From NCBI GenBank assembly GCA_951406725.2, contig OX597814.1, forward strand, positions 101,742,001 through 101,806,000: DNA of 64,000 nt, written 5' to 3'. This stretch comes from Octopus vulgaris. Its lineage: Eukaryota. The notes beneath the pieces are model-generated. The model ran no database searches and was not told the DNA's origin. It saw only the letters and a program-made list of their open reading frames with translations. The number at the start of each line of letters is the position of its first letter. The stretch's first letter is position 1. The translations under genes and the position numbers were made by a program. Positions 44,040 through 57,636 of the stretch are shown here, one piece after another.

Positions 44040-45180
44040 AAAAGATCACCCTGATAACCCTATGCCCCTGCAGCGTAGGTAGCAAATGATTCGATCTTAG
44101 GCTGAATGCAAACAAATAAAGTTTTTTTTTTTTTTTTCAGGAAGGGGTTATCTGAAGTGTAGTCTCTTTTAAACTGAACTTCATATCTAAGGAAGAAGTT
44201 AACACTGTTTTCCTATCGTTACAGGGAGTTTATTTCTTCCGACTCACAGCTGTCTTTCCATAGTTTTATAACACTTTCCAAAAGTTGTTCATCAGCATGT
44301 TTAGTGAGTTCGGTGTGCTTTTCCTCATCGATCGTTTTATATTTTTGTTCGTTATTCAATGCTCTGAGTTTGAGTAACTCAATCTCTATTTTCATCTTTT
44401 CTAGTGCTAATTTCTCCCTAAGTTTCCTTTGCTGTTCGGGGTCGTCTGGGATTGGTTTAATTTGAAGATTGTGTGGTGGAATTAAAGGTGTTGAGTTAAT
44501 CCATTTTTCATATATTTCTGCCTTATTGTTATTTTTTATCATGTTCCAAAATGAAAATTTTCTAGCGTCAAGATTTTTGGACCAAATATGGCTAATCCGA
44601 CTTTTAATTAAATGTGCTGACATTGGTATATTTTCGTTATAGTTTAGATATTTTGGTGATGATAATTTTTCAAAGTTATTTGTGAAAAATGTATGCAGTG
44701 TCGTGCATAATTTGTTCAAACTTTGACTAACCTGTTCTGTAGACTGTCTTCTTTGTTCAAATTCCGTTTCTTCCTAGGTACGGTAATTTAATTCATCTAT
44801 TTTGTTAGAACAACTAAATTTGAGTTAATTTCTTTCAATTCTTTTAATATGTCCTCGTTGGTAATTTTATCCGATGAGTTTGTAGTAGGTTTTGATGGCA
44901 TTTTCCGTTCCACGTGTGGTAAATAGTAGTAGTAACAGGAAAGCAGGAATTTCGATTATCCCCACGTGGTGAGTTGTAATATATATAAGAAATTAAAAAA
45001 GGAAAATACACACACTTTACATAGTTTTAATATAATTTTTAATATATCGACCGGTTTCGCTTTCGCTATTCATGATATTATGGTTTACTTATTTGAATAT
45101 ATATTTTCTTAAGAAGAAATTTTTGTCCATGTTGTGTGTGATGATAATTACGTATGAATTACTTCACAAGTAGAAAAATA
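44040..45180 (-). mobile_element. Probable 5' part of a Penelope-like element (N-terminal ORF remnant behind a hammerhead-like motif)
   Basis: Broken ORF from ~44901 (MPSKPTTNSSDK...) through 44219-44719; hammerhead-like motif just upstream on the same strand. Confidence 0.5.
45043..45079 (-). ncRNA. Minimal hammerhead-ribozyme-like motif, A3:U8 core variant
   Basis: Minus strand atatc-ATGAATA-gc gaaa gc-GAAA-ccgg-TC-gatat. Confidence 0.6.
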
Positions 45181-45406
45181 AGGGGAGGTAATTGGTTATC
45201 GTTATTATTGTTATTGTTACAATATTGTTATTGTTATAATGTTGTTTATTTAATACACACACACATACACATACACACATACGCACACGCACACACATAT
45301 ATACGTGTACATACACATATATATTTGCATATTTATATATTTATACACACATATGTATGTATGTTTATATATATCTAGAGGCAGACAGACAGACAGACAG
45401 ATAGAC

Positions 45407-45489
<83 letters not shown>

Positions 45490-46679
45490 ATTTTTATAAT
45501 TTGGGAAAACAAATTTCCAAATCAATCAGGTACAAGCCTTCAGTATTATATGCATCTACATATCGTACCTTGGGGTTTTATTTATCATATATTTACATAT
45601 TTATCTATAAATATACAAAGTATCTGATAAAAGTCAATATTAATTCAATTTTGGGGGATTAATCGATATGTGGATATCCTATTTCAGATAATACAAAAAA
45701 TAACCTAATGAGTATATTTGGGAGTAAACTCATGGTATCAGTTTGCACATCACGAAATATTACTTAAAGGATATAACCAAAATTACCATCAGGGTATATA
45801 TATTATACTTCCTTAATTATCTCCTACTTTAGTTAAAACTTAAATTTATTAAATATAAAGTAACTACACGTATTTCAGTATTGGAAGATTAATATATATA
45901 TATACATATACACAACTGTATACATATACATATACATACATAAATACATATATGCAATCGTCAGATTTACAACTATTCCAACACATCTTCAGGCTCTTTT
46001 TCAAAATATTATATATCTAATTTTACATCCCTTTAAAAAATAAGCAATACAATTAAGCATTAAAGATTAAAAATTAAGAATTAAAATATTAAAAATAAAA
46101 ATTATACTTTGTAATATTAAGGATTAAAATTTATAAATTATACATTATAAATATGAATTAGTATATATATCAATCATGTAAAATCAAGTATATGTCAAAT
46201 ACAGAATATGAGATATAAAATTATTCATCATAATAAAAATGTATGTTTAAATGTGATATATAGCAAGAAAAATTCAAATATATATCTTCCTTTTTTTTTT
46301 GCTGGTACTAAAATAGTGATTGGAGGAAGAAAATAGCAGGGAACTATGGGTATTTATAGGGGATTAGTATCAAGTGGGGGTAATTACACTATACACAGTT
46401 TTAATTTTAAATTATCCTCTATTATTATTTTCAAATTTACCTATATTGGGAGATATATATAATTTGTTATATAATTTTAGTAATATTCAATTCATATATT
46501 TATTTAAATTATTGCATTATTCAATGTTTTCGTTTCGCTGTGTAGTTTGGTCTATGTTTGCAGTCTATGTTCAAGCTGTGGTCATGCGATGTGCGTAGCT
46601 CTGTGTTCTTTCTATTTTGTTATAATGTTGTTTGTTTAATACACTCACACACATACACATATATGTACATACATATAGG

Positions 46680-46990
46680 AGCACTCCGTCGGTTACGACG
46701 ACGAAGGTCTCAGCTGATACGATCAACGGAACAGCCTGCTCATGAAATTAACGTGCAAGTGACTGAGCGATCCACAGACACGCGTACCCTTAACGTAGTT
46801 CTCAGGGAGATTCAGCGTGACACAAAGTGTGACAAGGCCGGCCTTTTCAATTACAGGTACAACTCATTTTTGCCAGATGAGTGGACTGGAGCAACTTGAA
46901 ATAAAGTGTCTTACTCAAGGACACAACGCGTCGAACTCACGACCTTACAATCGCGAGCCGAATAGCCTAACCACTAAGCCACGCGCCTTC
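46680..46990 (-). mobile_element. SINE family C
   Basis: Reverse homolog of 21565-21870. Confidence 0.8.
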
Positions 46991-47058
46991 ACATACATAT
47001 ATTTGCATATATATATTCATAGACACATATGTGTGTATGTATGTTTATAAAAATATAA

Positions 47059-47108
<50 letters not shown>

Positions 47109-47129
47109 GAGAGAGTGTGAGAGAGAGAC

Positions 47130-47234
<105 letters not shown>

Positions 47235-47284
47235 CAGCAAATCTCGAAATTTAGTATGAACTAAATTCTGGTTAAAACTAAAGC

Positions 47285-48601
47285 TGTAAGGGGGTCAATA
47301 GTGGGCTACGAAAAAAACTTGTTCTTTCTGTAGCGGTGAAACTTGTTCTTTCTCCAGCGGTAGCCGAGGAAAATGGTTTAATGTATTAGACGGCAGCACT
47401 TACAAAAAGCTATAGTTCATCTTACAGAAACAAATCTGATACTATGTTTTCAGAAGGAAAATGAAAGAAACATACTTCTGAAAAGACAAGACTACGAACT
47501 AAATTGTTTTGTAGAGAAAACGACTGTACGTAAGGAGTTGGTGACAGAAATGTCTCCTTTTTAACGCCGTACGGTCGCCCTAACAAAATAAGCCAAAATA
47601 CATGGTATAAAAGAATAAGTGCCAAAAGGAATAATGAGGACGACAACCGTTCTACTGTTTGAGAGAGAAGACTTTATTTACAGATCTGTACAATAAGATT
47701 AAGTATGGGTGCTAGCAAAATGGAGTGTCTGTGTGCATGCGACGAGTGTTTGTGTCTGTGTGTTCGTGTGTGCGACAGAAGTACAAACAAGGTGTATGCG
47801 GGCAAAACAAAATACAAAGCATGGAAAAGAGTCTCTCAGGGTATTTTTGACAAGATGGAGTTAATTTACCAGCTCATAGTAAGGTACATAATAACAGTTC
47901 GTTCTGTAACAGAATGTTGGGATCACAAGTGCAGATGCCGGTTGAATACATATCGTGTAGCAGTTGTGGCTTCAATGCTGTGCTAGGTTACATTGGTACA
48001 GAAGATCTCGCAGGTAATAATGGGCTGTTAACCTGGGTGAATATCACAACAGCGTGTAGGCTAAAACTAAGCGAGTTGCTGTGTACGTATTTGTGTTGCT
48101 GGATATGAAGGCGACGGAGATGGAGAACGGTGACGGTTGAGATGATGACGTCGGCACTAGAGCAGGAGCATGGCTGGCTGGTCTGTCGCTGGAACTAGAA
48201 CGGGCTGAATCGCTCTGTGGTCAGAGGTTAGTCCTGAGAAGGAGTGGAACCTAAGACCGGTGTTTGTCGGAACATGGTTGAGTCGCTCTGTGGTCAGAGG
48301 TTAGTCCTGAGATGGACTGGAACCAAGGACGAGAAATAGTGATTTGCTGGCGCGTTTTATAACCTGAGGTGGGCTCCAGTGAGAACCCCAAAAGACTGTG
48401 TCATGAGACCTTATCCGAAGGCCGTGATTGGTTGGCTTACACACTGGCGCGAAATAAGTCAAGAGACAAACTGCGCCACTGTCAACCAATCAGAGCAGTA
48501 GACACAACAGGGTCAAAATAGCCGAAGATGGTTGCTATCTAACACGAGATCATTTCTAATATATCTCTCAAACAGCGAGGATATCACCCAGCTACGCTAC
48601 A
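47285..48601 (-). mobile_element. Possible solo-LTR-like element
   Basis: TGTA...TACA ends; on the minus strand CCAAT-like boxes, TATAAAA (~48356-48362), AATAAA (~47673); internal ~73-bp tandem duplication; no TSD found. Confidence 0.3.
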
Positions 48602-48924
48602 GTTTTAAACTACTGACTCGAGTTTGGATCAAAACCGGTACCATGCACTTATACGAAAATAAAACATGACACGAGTGTAAAGCATTTTCAATACCTGCAG
48701 CTGAAAGCGGTTATAATAACCACAACAATATACGTACGCAAGCATGCATTCATGTATGTAGGTAGGTAGGTACATAGGTACGTACGTATGTACGTACGTA
48801 GGTAAGTATGTATGTATTATATATGTATGTAGGTAGGTAGGTATGTGACTTCGAAATTTCACTGGCATTGTGTACTGCTTTTTTTGTCCATTTATAACGA
48901 ACTTTTATCAATATCATTTCTTAC

Positions 48925-48990
48925 CTGTTCAATAGTAAAATTACCTGTACTTAGTCTCAAAAATTGCAATTTTTTCTCGGAAAAATCAGC
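48925..48990 (-). CDS. Coding exon ADFSEKKLQFLRLSTGNFTIEQ
   Basis: Acceptor tttttttttcacttgcag, donor gtaaga; 66 nt, phase 0 to 0; aligns by recall with PROSER1 [22 protein letters not shown]. Confidence 0.85.
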
Positions 48991-49096
48991 CTGCAAGTGA
49001 AAAAAAAAGAGTAAACTACAGAAGTTTGTAAAAATACATAGATTTACCTGCCCAACTAGAATGGGAAAGCATGAGAGAGAGAGACAGAGATTTATT

Positions 49097-49189
<93 letters not shown>

Positions 49190-50988
49190 GTTTCTTTATT
49201 GGCCACACAGGGCTGCACACAGATGGGACAAGTTACAAGGTAGAGCTTTTCTTTTGGGGGATGAAGAGAACAAAAAACAAAAGAAAAAAAAGGGGGGGGG
49301 CGTAGGTTTTCGATCAAGAGGGATCGTAAAAGGGAAGAAAAGAACAAAGGAAAAGGAAAAGGAACAAAAGGAAAGAGAAATGAAAAAAGAAGAAAAAAGG
49401 GGACAAAAAAGGGGAAGAGGAAAAAAACGATCAATAGGGATCGTGTATCACAGTGTTATGATATATGGTGTAAAGGGGAAAGCAAGTAAGGTTTATCCGT
49501 GGGAAGAAAAGCCTACGAAAAAGACCACGGTAACCTTGGTCAATATTGTTATATGTTACCACATTTGTTTGCAAGTGGGTAACCCTCTGTTTTCAATTTC
49601 TGGGTTCATAGGATTATGCTCAAGGTGGCTTCGTCATTCATACGTGCCATCCTTGCTACATTCACCCATCTTTTTTTAAAACATTCGCTAGACAAAACTT
49701 GCCTCTCTACTCTCACTTTCCTTTTCAAGTGGTACTTGAAGAAGTTGATGAGAGATTGACCAGAGAGGAAAGTGTTTGTCTCCAATCCTTTCAGACGCGT
49801 CCACCAGATACATTCTTTCGCCATAGCCACAAGGATGATGAAAATAGCTCTTCCTTCCCGTTTGAAGGAAGGAGGCGTGACAATATTGACGATAGACTCA
49901 GCTGATAAACCGACTCGTCCCACACGTGACAGCAGTTGTTCGACACAAGCCCACAGGTCGGAAATTGTTGGACACTGCACGAGTGCGTGCAGAACGGCTT
50001 CGTCGCTCTGACCGCATCTCGGGCAGGTCGGCCCCGTGTTTCTCGAGCCGGGTCTGTAGAGCTTATCCCGAACGGGTAGCGCTTCTCGGTAGCACTGCCA
50101 GGCCAGGGATCTCTGGAAGTTGTCCATGGGCCCTGGCCCGAAAGTCGTCCTGAACAGGCGGGTCAGGTACTCCTCGTCGACGTCCAGGTTCGCCCCGAGC
50201 TCGTCGTCGTACCTCCCCTCCACTAATCCCCTATAGAATGCTTTGGTTGTGTTGAAGTCACTCAAGGTCGACCCAGGACGGCAGAGTTGCTTGAGAGCAA
50301 CGCGACACTCGCGGTGCCATTCGCCCTTCCTCGGCCTCATTTTGATCCACGACTGCAGTTCGGTCATGGAGACGAGCTGCGGGAAAGCGTGCCTCACAAA
50401 CGGCGACCACACCTGTTCACCGTCGTCTACATAGAGCCAGAGATGTCGCAGTCTCAGCGCGTGTCTGCGCATAATCAACCACGGCATGCCCAGCCCTCCT
50501 TTTAACGGGTGTTGACAGCAAATGGATCGCCTGACCATCGGGACGCATCCTTTCCACAAGAAGCGAAAGAGAATGCGTTCTAGTTTGGTGATGGTAGGGT
50601 CGGGACAAGGTACGACGGTCAGGCGGTAGTAGATGACGGACGCGATGTACGTGTTCGCCACCTCCGCCCGACCTTTTGGGGACAGTTTCCTCTCGGCCCA
50701 TTGCCGGGCGAGAGTGACCACCCTACTCGTTATCTCGTTCCAGTTCTTCTCCACTTGGAGGTCCGGACCAAACCAGACCCCGAGCAACTCAACCGGGCCG
50801 TCGGTCCAGCGTCCCACGACGGAGGCGCTGGTGGACGGCATGGGCTTGCTTCTCCAGGTGCCTAGTCGCAAGCCCACTGACTTTTCCCGGTTGATTTTCG
50901 CTCCTGTCACCGTTTCGTAGTTTTTCAGTGTCTCGCCGACCTGCTCGATGTGCTCGTGGCTAGACACTATGACGGTGACGTCGTCCGC
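49190..50988 (-). mobile_element. 5'-truncated Tx1/L1-clade LINE (RT C-terminus, zinc-knuckle region, 3' UTR) inside (TAGA)n
   Basis: Uninterrupted ORF 49606-50988: ADDVTV..GAKINREKS..LLGVWF..FRFLWKG..KGGLGMP..CPRCGQSDEAVLHALVQCP; AATAAA at the 3' end; (TAGA)n on both flanks. Confidence 0.9.
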
Positions 50989-51099
<111 letters not shown>

Positions 51100-51342
51100 T
51101 TGGTTGATTGATTGACTGATTGATTGATTGATTGATTGATTGATACATAGATAGATTTGGTTGATTGATTGATAGATAGGTAGATGGAAAGATAGATAGA
51201 CAGACAGACAGACAGTTAGATTAATTGATTGATCAATTGATTGATTGATTGATTGATTGTTTGATTGATTGATAGATTTATGGATTGATTGATTGATAGA
51301 TAGAATAATTGTTTGATTGATTGACAGATAGAATGATAGATA

Positions 51343-51596
51343 AGTTTCTTTATTGGCCACACAGGGCTGCACACAGATGGAACAAGTTACAAGGTAGAGC
51401 TTTTCTTTTGGGGGATGAAAAAAACAAAAAACAAAGGAAACAAAAAAAAAGGGGTGGCGTAGGTTTTCGATCAAGAGGGATCGTAAAAGGGAAGAAAAGA
51501 AAAAAAAAAAAAAAAATTAAAAAGAAAAAGAAAAAAAAGAAAAGGAAAAGGAACAAAAGAAAAGAGAAATGAAAAAAGAAAAAAAAGGGGAAGAGG

Positions 51597-51600
<4 letters not shown>
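51343..51600 (-). mobile_element. Second, 3'-UTR-only copy of the Tx1-like LINE in the same microsatellite
   Basis: Near-identical to 49190-49420; flanked by (TAGA)n. Confidence 0.85.
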
Positions 51601-51688
<88 letters not shown>

Positions 51689-52503
51689 CAGATAGTTATG
51701 AATAAGTAAAAAAAACACGAAGGAAACACATTTAAGGTCGAGTTTTAAGTATTTGATAACGAGCTCATTTATGTCCATGTTACTTAAATTTTTCTAGCTG
51801 CAAATACGCTTGTATATCCTCAGCTGCATCGAGAAGGAGTATATGTGAGTGTAAGTGTATCTGTATGTGGTGATGGCGGGGGGCGAGGTAAATATCATTA
51901 ATATTAGATATAAAAATAAAGTTAAATCTGAAAGAAAAAACAGTGGGTTCCACCACAAATTCTTTCTTATGTGTTTGTAATATATATTAGTATAGTTTTC
52001 ATGAAGCATTGGCTAACATACATAAATGCTTTGAATAATTTTTTTAATATTTGAAATATCTAAAACACACGCACACACACAAATATATATTTAAACAGGG
52101 TCTTCTAAAATTACGGTAACCAATTATTTTCAATTTTACCAAAGTAATATTCTAATTCGGGTCCGAGAGTTGCAATGCAACGGTAAAGGAAACACAATTA
52201 TAACACTACGACATTTATTCGATATCACTACGTCTGTTTCGAATCACAGCCATCGATTCCGCAAAACAATAGCATGCAGCGTGTGAAGCATTCGCACCTA
52301 GACTTAAGACTTAAACACACCGATGCTGGTGTGTTTGAGTCCCCGTAACATAGCGGTTCGGCAAAAGGAATCGATAGAATAAGTACTAGGCTTACAAAGA
52401 ATAAGTCCTGGGGCTGGTTAGTTCGACTAAAGGTGGTGCTCCAGCATGGCCGCGGTTAAAATGATTGAAAGAATTGAAAGAATAAAAATCCCGAGATACA
52501 ACA

Positions 52504-52597
<94 letters not shown>

Positions 52598-52774
52598 AGA
52601 GAGAGAGAGAGAGACTGAGAGAGATGGAGAGAGAGAGAAGTATCCAGAAGACCCAAGATGGATAGCAGGTGAGGCTATGCAAGTGCTACGGGGGGACCGT
52701 AGTTAGACTCTCGGTTCGATAATAATACAAGTAAGGAGTCTAATGTGGGTCCTGTGTGAGCATGTATATGTTAA

Positions 52775-53689
52775 ATGAAATGAGACAACAAAACTAAGGC
52801 TGCATGGAATTTTTAGGACATTTATAAAGGGGAAGGTAGTCTTACAGAGTTTTCTAAGATATTAGGGATATCCCTTCACTAGAGACGATATGAGAGAGTT
52901 AACTAGAGGGAAATAGTTGAGTTCAATATAAGGAGTTATTCTGGAAAAGATGGAGATAGGAAGTATAAAGGGAAATAAGAGAATAATAATAAAAGTAAAA
53001 ATATATATATGGGATGTTACAGTTGCAGTTCCAATATTCGAGGAAAGTGCTGTGTAGAATGGGTCGAAATGCTTCTTGACCATGGTATATAGATTCCGAT
53101 AAGGCGGTGAGATGGCAGAAACGTTAGCGCGCCGGGCGAAATGCTCAGTGGTATTTCGTCTGCCGTTACGTTCTGAGTTCAAATTCTTTTTATCCTTTCG
53201 GGGTCGATAAATTAAGTACCAGTTACGCACTGGGGTCGATCTACTCGACTTAATCCGTTTGTCTGTCCTTGTTTGTCCCCTCTGTGTGTAGCCCCTTGTG
53301 GGTAGTAAAGAAATGGGTATATAGATCCCGATATAATTTTATTACAAGTGGATAGTGTATATGAACTCTTATCGAAATCTATATACCATGGGACCAGAAG
53401 CATTTCTACCCATTCTACACAGCACTCTCCTTGGATAATGAAACTGAAACTGTAACACCCTATATATATTTTTACTTTTATTTTTATTCTCTTATTTACC
53501 TTTATACTTCCTATATCCGTCCTTTTCCAAAATAACCCCTTATATTAAGTTCTACTATTTCCCTCTAGGTAACTCTCTCATATCTGATGAAGAGATATCC
53601 TTAACATCCCAGAAACAGCTGTGACTACCTTTCTCTTTATAAAGGTTCTAAAAAAATTCCACTCAACCTTGGTTTTGTTGTCTCATTTC

Positions 53690-53690
<1 letters not shown>
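52775..53690. mobile_element. Diverged inverted repeat (~320-bp arms) with hammerhead-like motif, split by a SINE B (53101-53315)
   Basis: 52775-53100 versus 53371-53690 inverted; SINE TSD ggtatatagatYccgat. Confidence 0.75.
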
Positions 53691-53739
<49 letters not shown>

Positions 53740-54014
53740 AATATACATACTGAACTCATTAGAGATAGCAGCTAAAAATTTCTTCAGCTATCTCTAATAC
53801 TTAAAGATCTCTCTCAGATAGTGCTTGCCTAAACCAACTTGGTTTAGGCAAGCATGAGATAGCTGAAGAAATATATATGATTCATATAAAGTATATATAT
53901 ATATATAATGTATATTTTGAATTCGCCTATATACTGAATACTTGGTGAAATTGATTAATAATTAATTAATTTTACCCTCAATTGTTGATGAGACAACAAA
54001 ACCAAGGTTGAGTG

Positions 54015-54077
<63 letters not shown>

Positions 54078-54588
54078 GTATGTATGTATGTATGTATGTA
54101 TGTATGTATGTATGTATATTGAATTATACTTTGAAATATTTCCCATCAAGATTGTTATCTTTCTAAATCATAATTTGATATTCTATTGTCTGACGGGTTT
54201 AGAGTCCACTATCCTTGAAAATAAAATACTAGGTAAAAGAAGAAACGAAACTAAAAATGAAAGATATCTAAACTGTATAAGAAGCGTTATAGAAAATTGA
54301 AAAATATTTTAGTCCTTTATCCAAAAATTTTAAACAATGGAATAAATTTTGCTTCTTCCTAATTCGTTTTGACAACTGAGTTAATCAGATTTTAAATATG
54401 GAAAGAAACCGCTTATATTCTGTCAAAATATTATTCTTGTGAGAAGACGCACTTTTTATTTATTTACTTATTTATTTTATTTTATTTTATTTTATTTTTG
54501 TGGTTCTTAAATTAATATAAGAATAAAACTTGATATGAAAAATTAATATATGAGACATTGCGGGTGGGGTGTGTATGTATGTATTTGA

Positions 54589-54637
<49 letters not shown>

Positions 54638-54659
54638 CATACATACATACATACATACA

Positions 54660-54691
<32 letters not shown>

Positions 54692-54877
54692 CGTGTGTGT
54701 CTATGTTTATATATGTAGATATATATGTTTGTGTATGTATATATATTTAATTGAAAAACAAACTGGAACAGTAAAAATTAATATAAAAAGTATCTAATAT
54801 TAAAATATATTGTATTTTATAACTCGTAAAGTGTTTTGATTATCGCACTACTTTTGAAAGTAGTGTAACGCCATAAC

Positions 54878-54930
<53 letters not shown>

Positions 54931-55084
54931 TTGGTTTCAAATTTTTCACAAGGCCAGCAATTTCGGAGTAGGTTTGAAGTCGATTACATCGACCACCAGG
55001 GTTCAAATGGTACTAATTTATCGACTCCGAAAGGATGAACAGCAAAATCGACCGCTGTGGAATTTGAACTCAGAATCAAAGACG

Positions 55085-56824
55085 GTCGAAGGTGGAAAGT
55101 GAGACAGGTACTAAAAGGAAAAGCGAAACTTCCCAAACCAAACATCACTAAGGAAGAAACGTTCGCTATCAAAAGACTACAGAGTGACAATTCCATCATA
55201 ATAATTCCAGTAGACAAGGAAAATGCTACAGTGGTGATGAACAAGTCTGACTACTCGAAAAAACTGGCAAGTCTTATAAGTGATGGGAACTACAGCAAAG
55301 TAAAGAAAGGCCTTACTTTGAAAACAGAGAGGAAGTTGTCACAGATCTTGAGCAAGAACAAGGATCACTTTACACCAATGAAGTACAGACAACTGACTCA
55401 ACACTACAGTAAACTACCACACATGTACGGTCTTCCTAAGATTCACAAGGATGGTATTCCATTAAGACCTATAGTGAGCTGTAGAGGTTCAGCATGTCAT
55501 CCACTGAGCCGCTTCCTTGTGGATATAATCAGTCCATGAGCAGGGAAGTTAATATCGTAACGTGAAGAATTCCACTCACTTCACAGAATTGATCAAGGAT
55601 ACACCCGTTGAATCCAACCAGATGGTGAGTCTAGATGTGATAAGTCTGTTCACCAAAGTCCCAACTGGTGAAGCACTATCAGTGATTGAAGGAAAACTAG
55701 TGACAGACACCCATCTAAAAGATCGCACTCGTATACCAATAAGAAACTTGATGGAAATGTTGAACTTCTGTGTAGAAACTACCTACTTCAGTCTGAACAC
55801 TGATATATGTCGACAAAAAGAGGGTTTAGCTATGGGTTCGCCATTATCACCGATAATAGCCAACATAAACATGGAATACTTTGAGAATTTGGTTTTAATA
55901 TCAACATCACTAAAACCAACCACATGGCTGCGATATGTGGATGACACCTTTATACTCTGGACCCACCAGAAAGATGGCCAAGTGCTGTTAGATCATGTGA
56001 ACTCAATAAAGCCATCCACACAGTTCACAATGGAAAAAGAAAAGGACAATCAGCTAGCATTCCTGGACGTATTAATAACACTCACCAAGTATGGATTCAG
56101 GACATCTGTATACCGCAAGCCGACCTTCTATGGACGATGCCTCTACTTCAACTCCCATCATCCATACAGTGTAAAGAGAAGGATTGCTCAGTGCCTAAAA
56201 CATCGAGCAATGAATATAAGTAGCGATCGTGATACCCACCACGAAGAAATGATCAAGCTCAGTAACAATCTATTAAGCAACAACTACCCCAAAACATACT
56301 ATCCACTCCAATTATGAAGAAAAGAGAGGATGAAACCAATAAACTGTCCACAGTCTGTCTACCCTATGTGAAAGGCCTCTCTGAAAAGATACAAAAGATA
56401 TGCGCCCATATGACATCAGGACAGTATTCAAGAGTAATACAACACTTCGCAAATATCTCCTTCGAGTAAAACCACCAATAGAAGAGAATATGACCAAAAA
56501 CTCCGTGTACTCCATCCCATGCAGATGTGGTAGGTTATACAAAGGCGAAACTGCCGTCCCCTCAAAACAAGGGTAGAGGAACATCGCAAAGATGTGACAC
56601 GGGGAGATATTGATAAATCGGGCAGAACTGATCATGTATGGAAAAATGGAGACCACCTCCCCCAGTGGGATGAAGTTAAAATAATAGACAGAGAACACCA
56701 CTGGAAAATACGAAAACTAAAAGAAGCAGCACATATGCTAGGACACAACAACCTCCTAAGCAGACCGAGTGCAGATATGAACAGCAAATGGGAACCGGTA
56801 TTAAGGAAGGATAGGAGAATATAA
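55085..56824 (+). mobile_element. 5'-truncated Penelope-like retroelement, RT plus GIY-YIG, frameshifted
   Basis: MYGLPKIHKDGIPLRPIVS, SLDVISLFTKVP, GLAMGSPLSP, WLRYVDDTF, LAFLDV, VYRKPT, VYSIPCRCGRLYKGET; frameshifts near 55550 and 56300. Confidence 0.95.
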
Positions 56825-56862
56825 GATTTATAAGCCCTAAAATTTACTCCATAACTGCGCAC

Positions 56863-56936
56863 GGGCATATAGTGTAGTGGTTAACAGCGTGGGCTACTAA
56901 CCCCAAGATTCCGAGTTCGATTCCAGGCAGTGACCT
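56863..56936 (+). other. tRNA-like sequence directly downstream of the Penelope ORF
   Basis: A-box tagtgtagtgg, anticodon-like arm ggg-ctactaa-ccc, B-box gagttcgattcc; acceptor stem imperfect. Confidence 0.5.
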
Positions 56937-57497
56937 GATTAATAATAATAATGCAGTACCAGACAGTGATTCTCATGGCTTCTCATCTTAAATGATTGGA
57001 AGTGTTATCATGTACATTGTTTTGTCTAGGTATAAAAGATGGGCTACAACAAATATTCTGCTCAATACCACAGATTTACTTGTCAGTTGTTTGACCTTAA
57101 CTAGTTGAGCATGTACCTTAGTGGCTGACGATATGTGCATCTCTGATCATGAGCAGTAGTTGAGGAGCATCATAGCCGTGTGTTGAAAGGAATTCTTAGA
57201 GGTTTGGATAATTCACCTTTGGAAACATGGGTGGTTCGTTCAACATCCTTAAACAATCTTTATTCAGGGACCTTTTGTGCAGGATGGGCTACTCGACCAG
57301 AAGAAATTTCTAACTGGGATTCACTTGCAAGGTCATGCGCTGTTTATCTTGATATGAGATCACCATGTCGCGCACATATGGTTGTGATGCATGTGCCTGA
57401 TGTACCCTTATCAGACGGGTAGTCATGATGGGTATACTGAGCTTCATATATTTTACCCCAGTGTCACTTTGATGGCATGCACTGCTCTCTCACTCAC

Positions 57498-57536
<39 letters not shown>

Positions 57537-57592
57537 CAACAACATCGAAAAATACCTTAGGAATGAGAATCCAGGTTCGAAATTTCCCCAAG

Positions 57593-57636
57593 ACACCTGA
57601 TGAAGGCTGGAGGGTATATCAGCCGAAACGTTGTGT
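57593..57636 (+). ncRNA. Minimal hammerhead-ribozyme-like motif in the Penelope 3' region
   Basis: acac-CTGATGA-a ggctg..cagcc-GAAAC-GTT-gtgt. Confidence 0.7.

Noticed and set aside
56863-56936. Functional tRNA gene
   Set aside because: Acceptor and T stems are imperfect and it lies in transposon context
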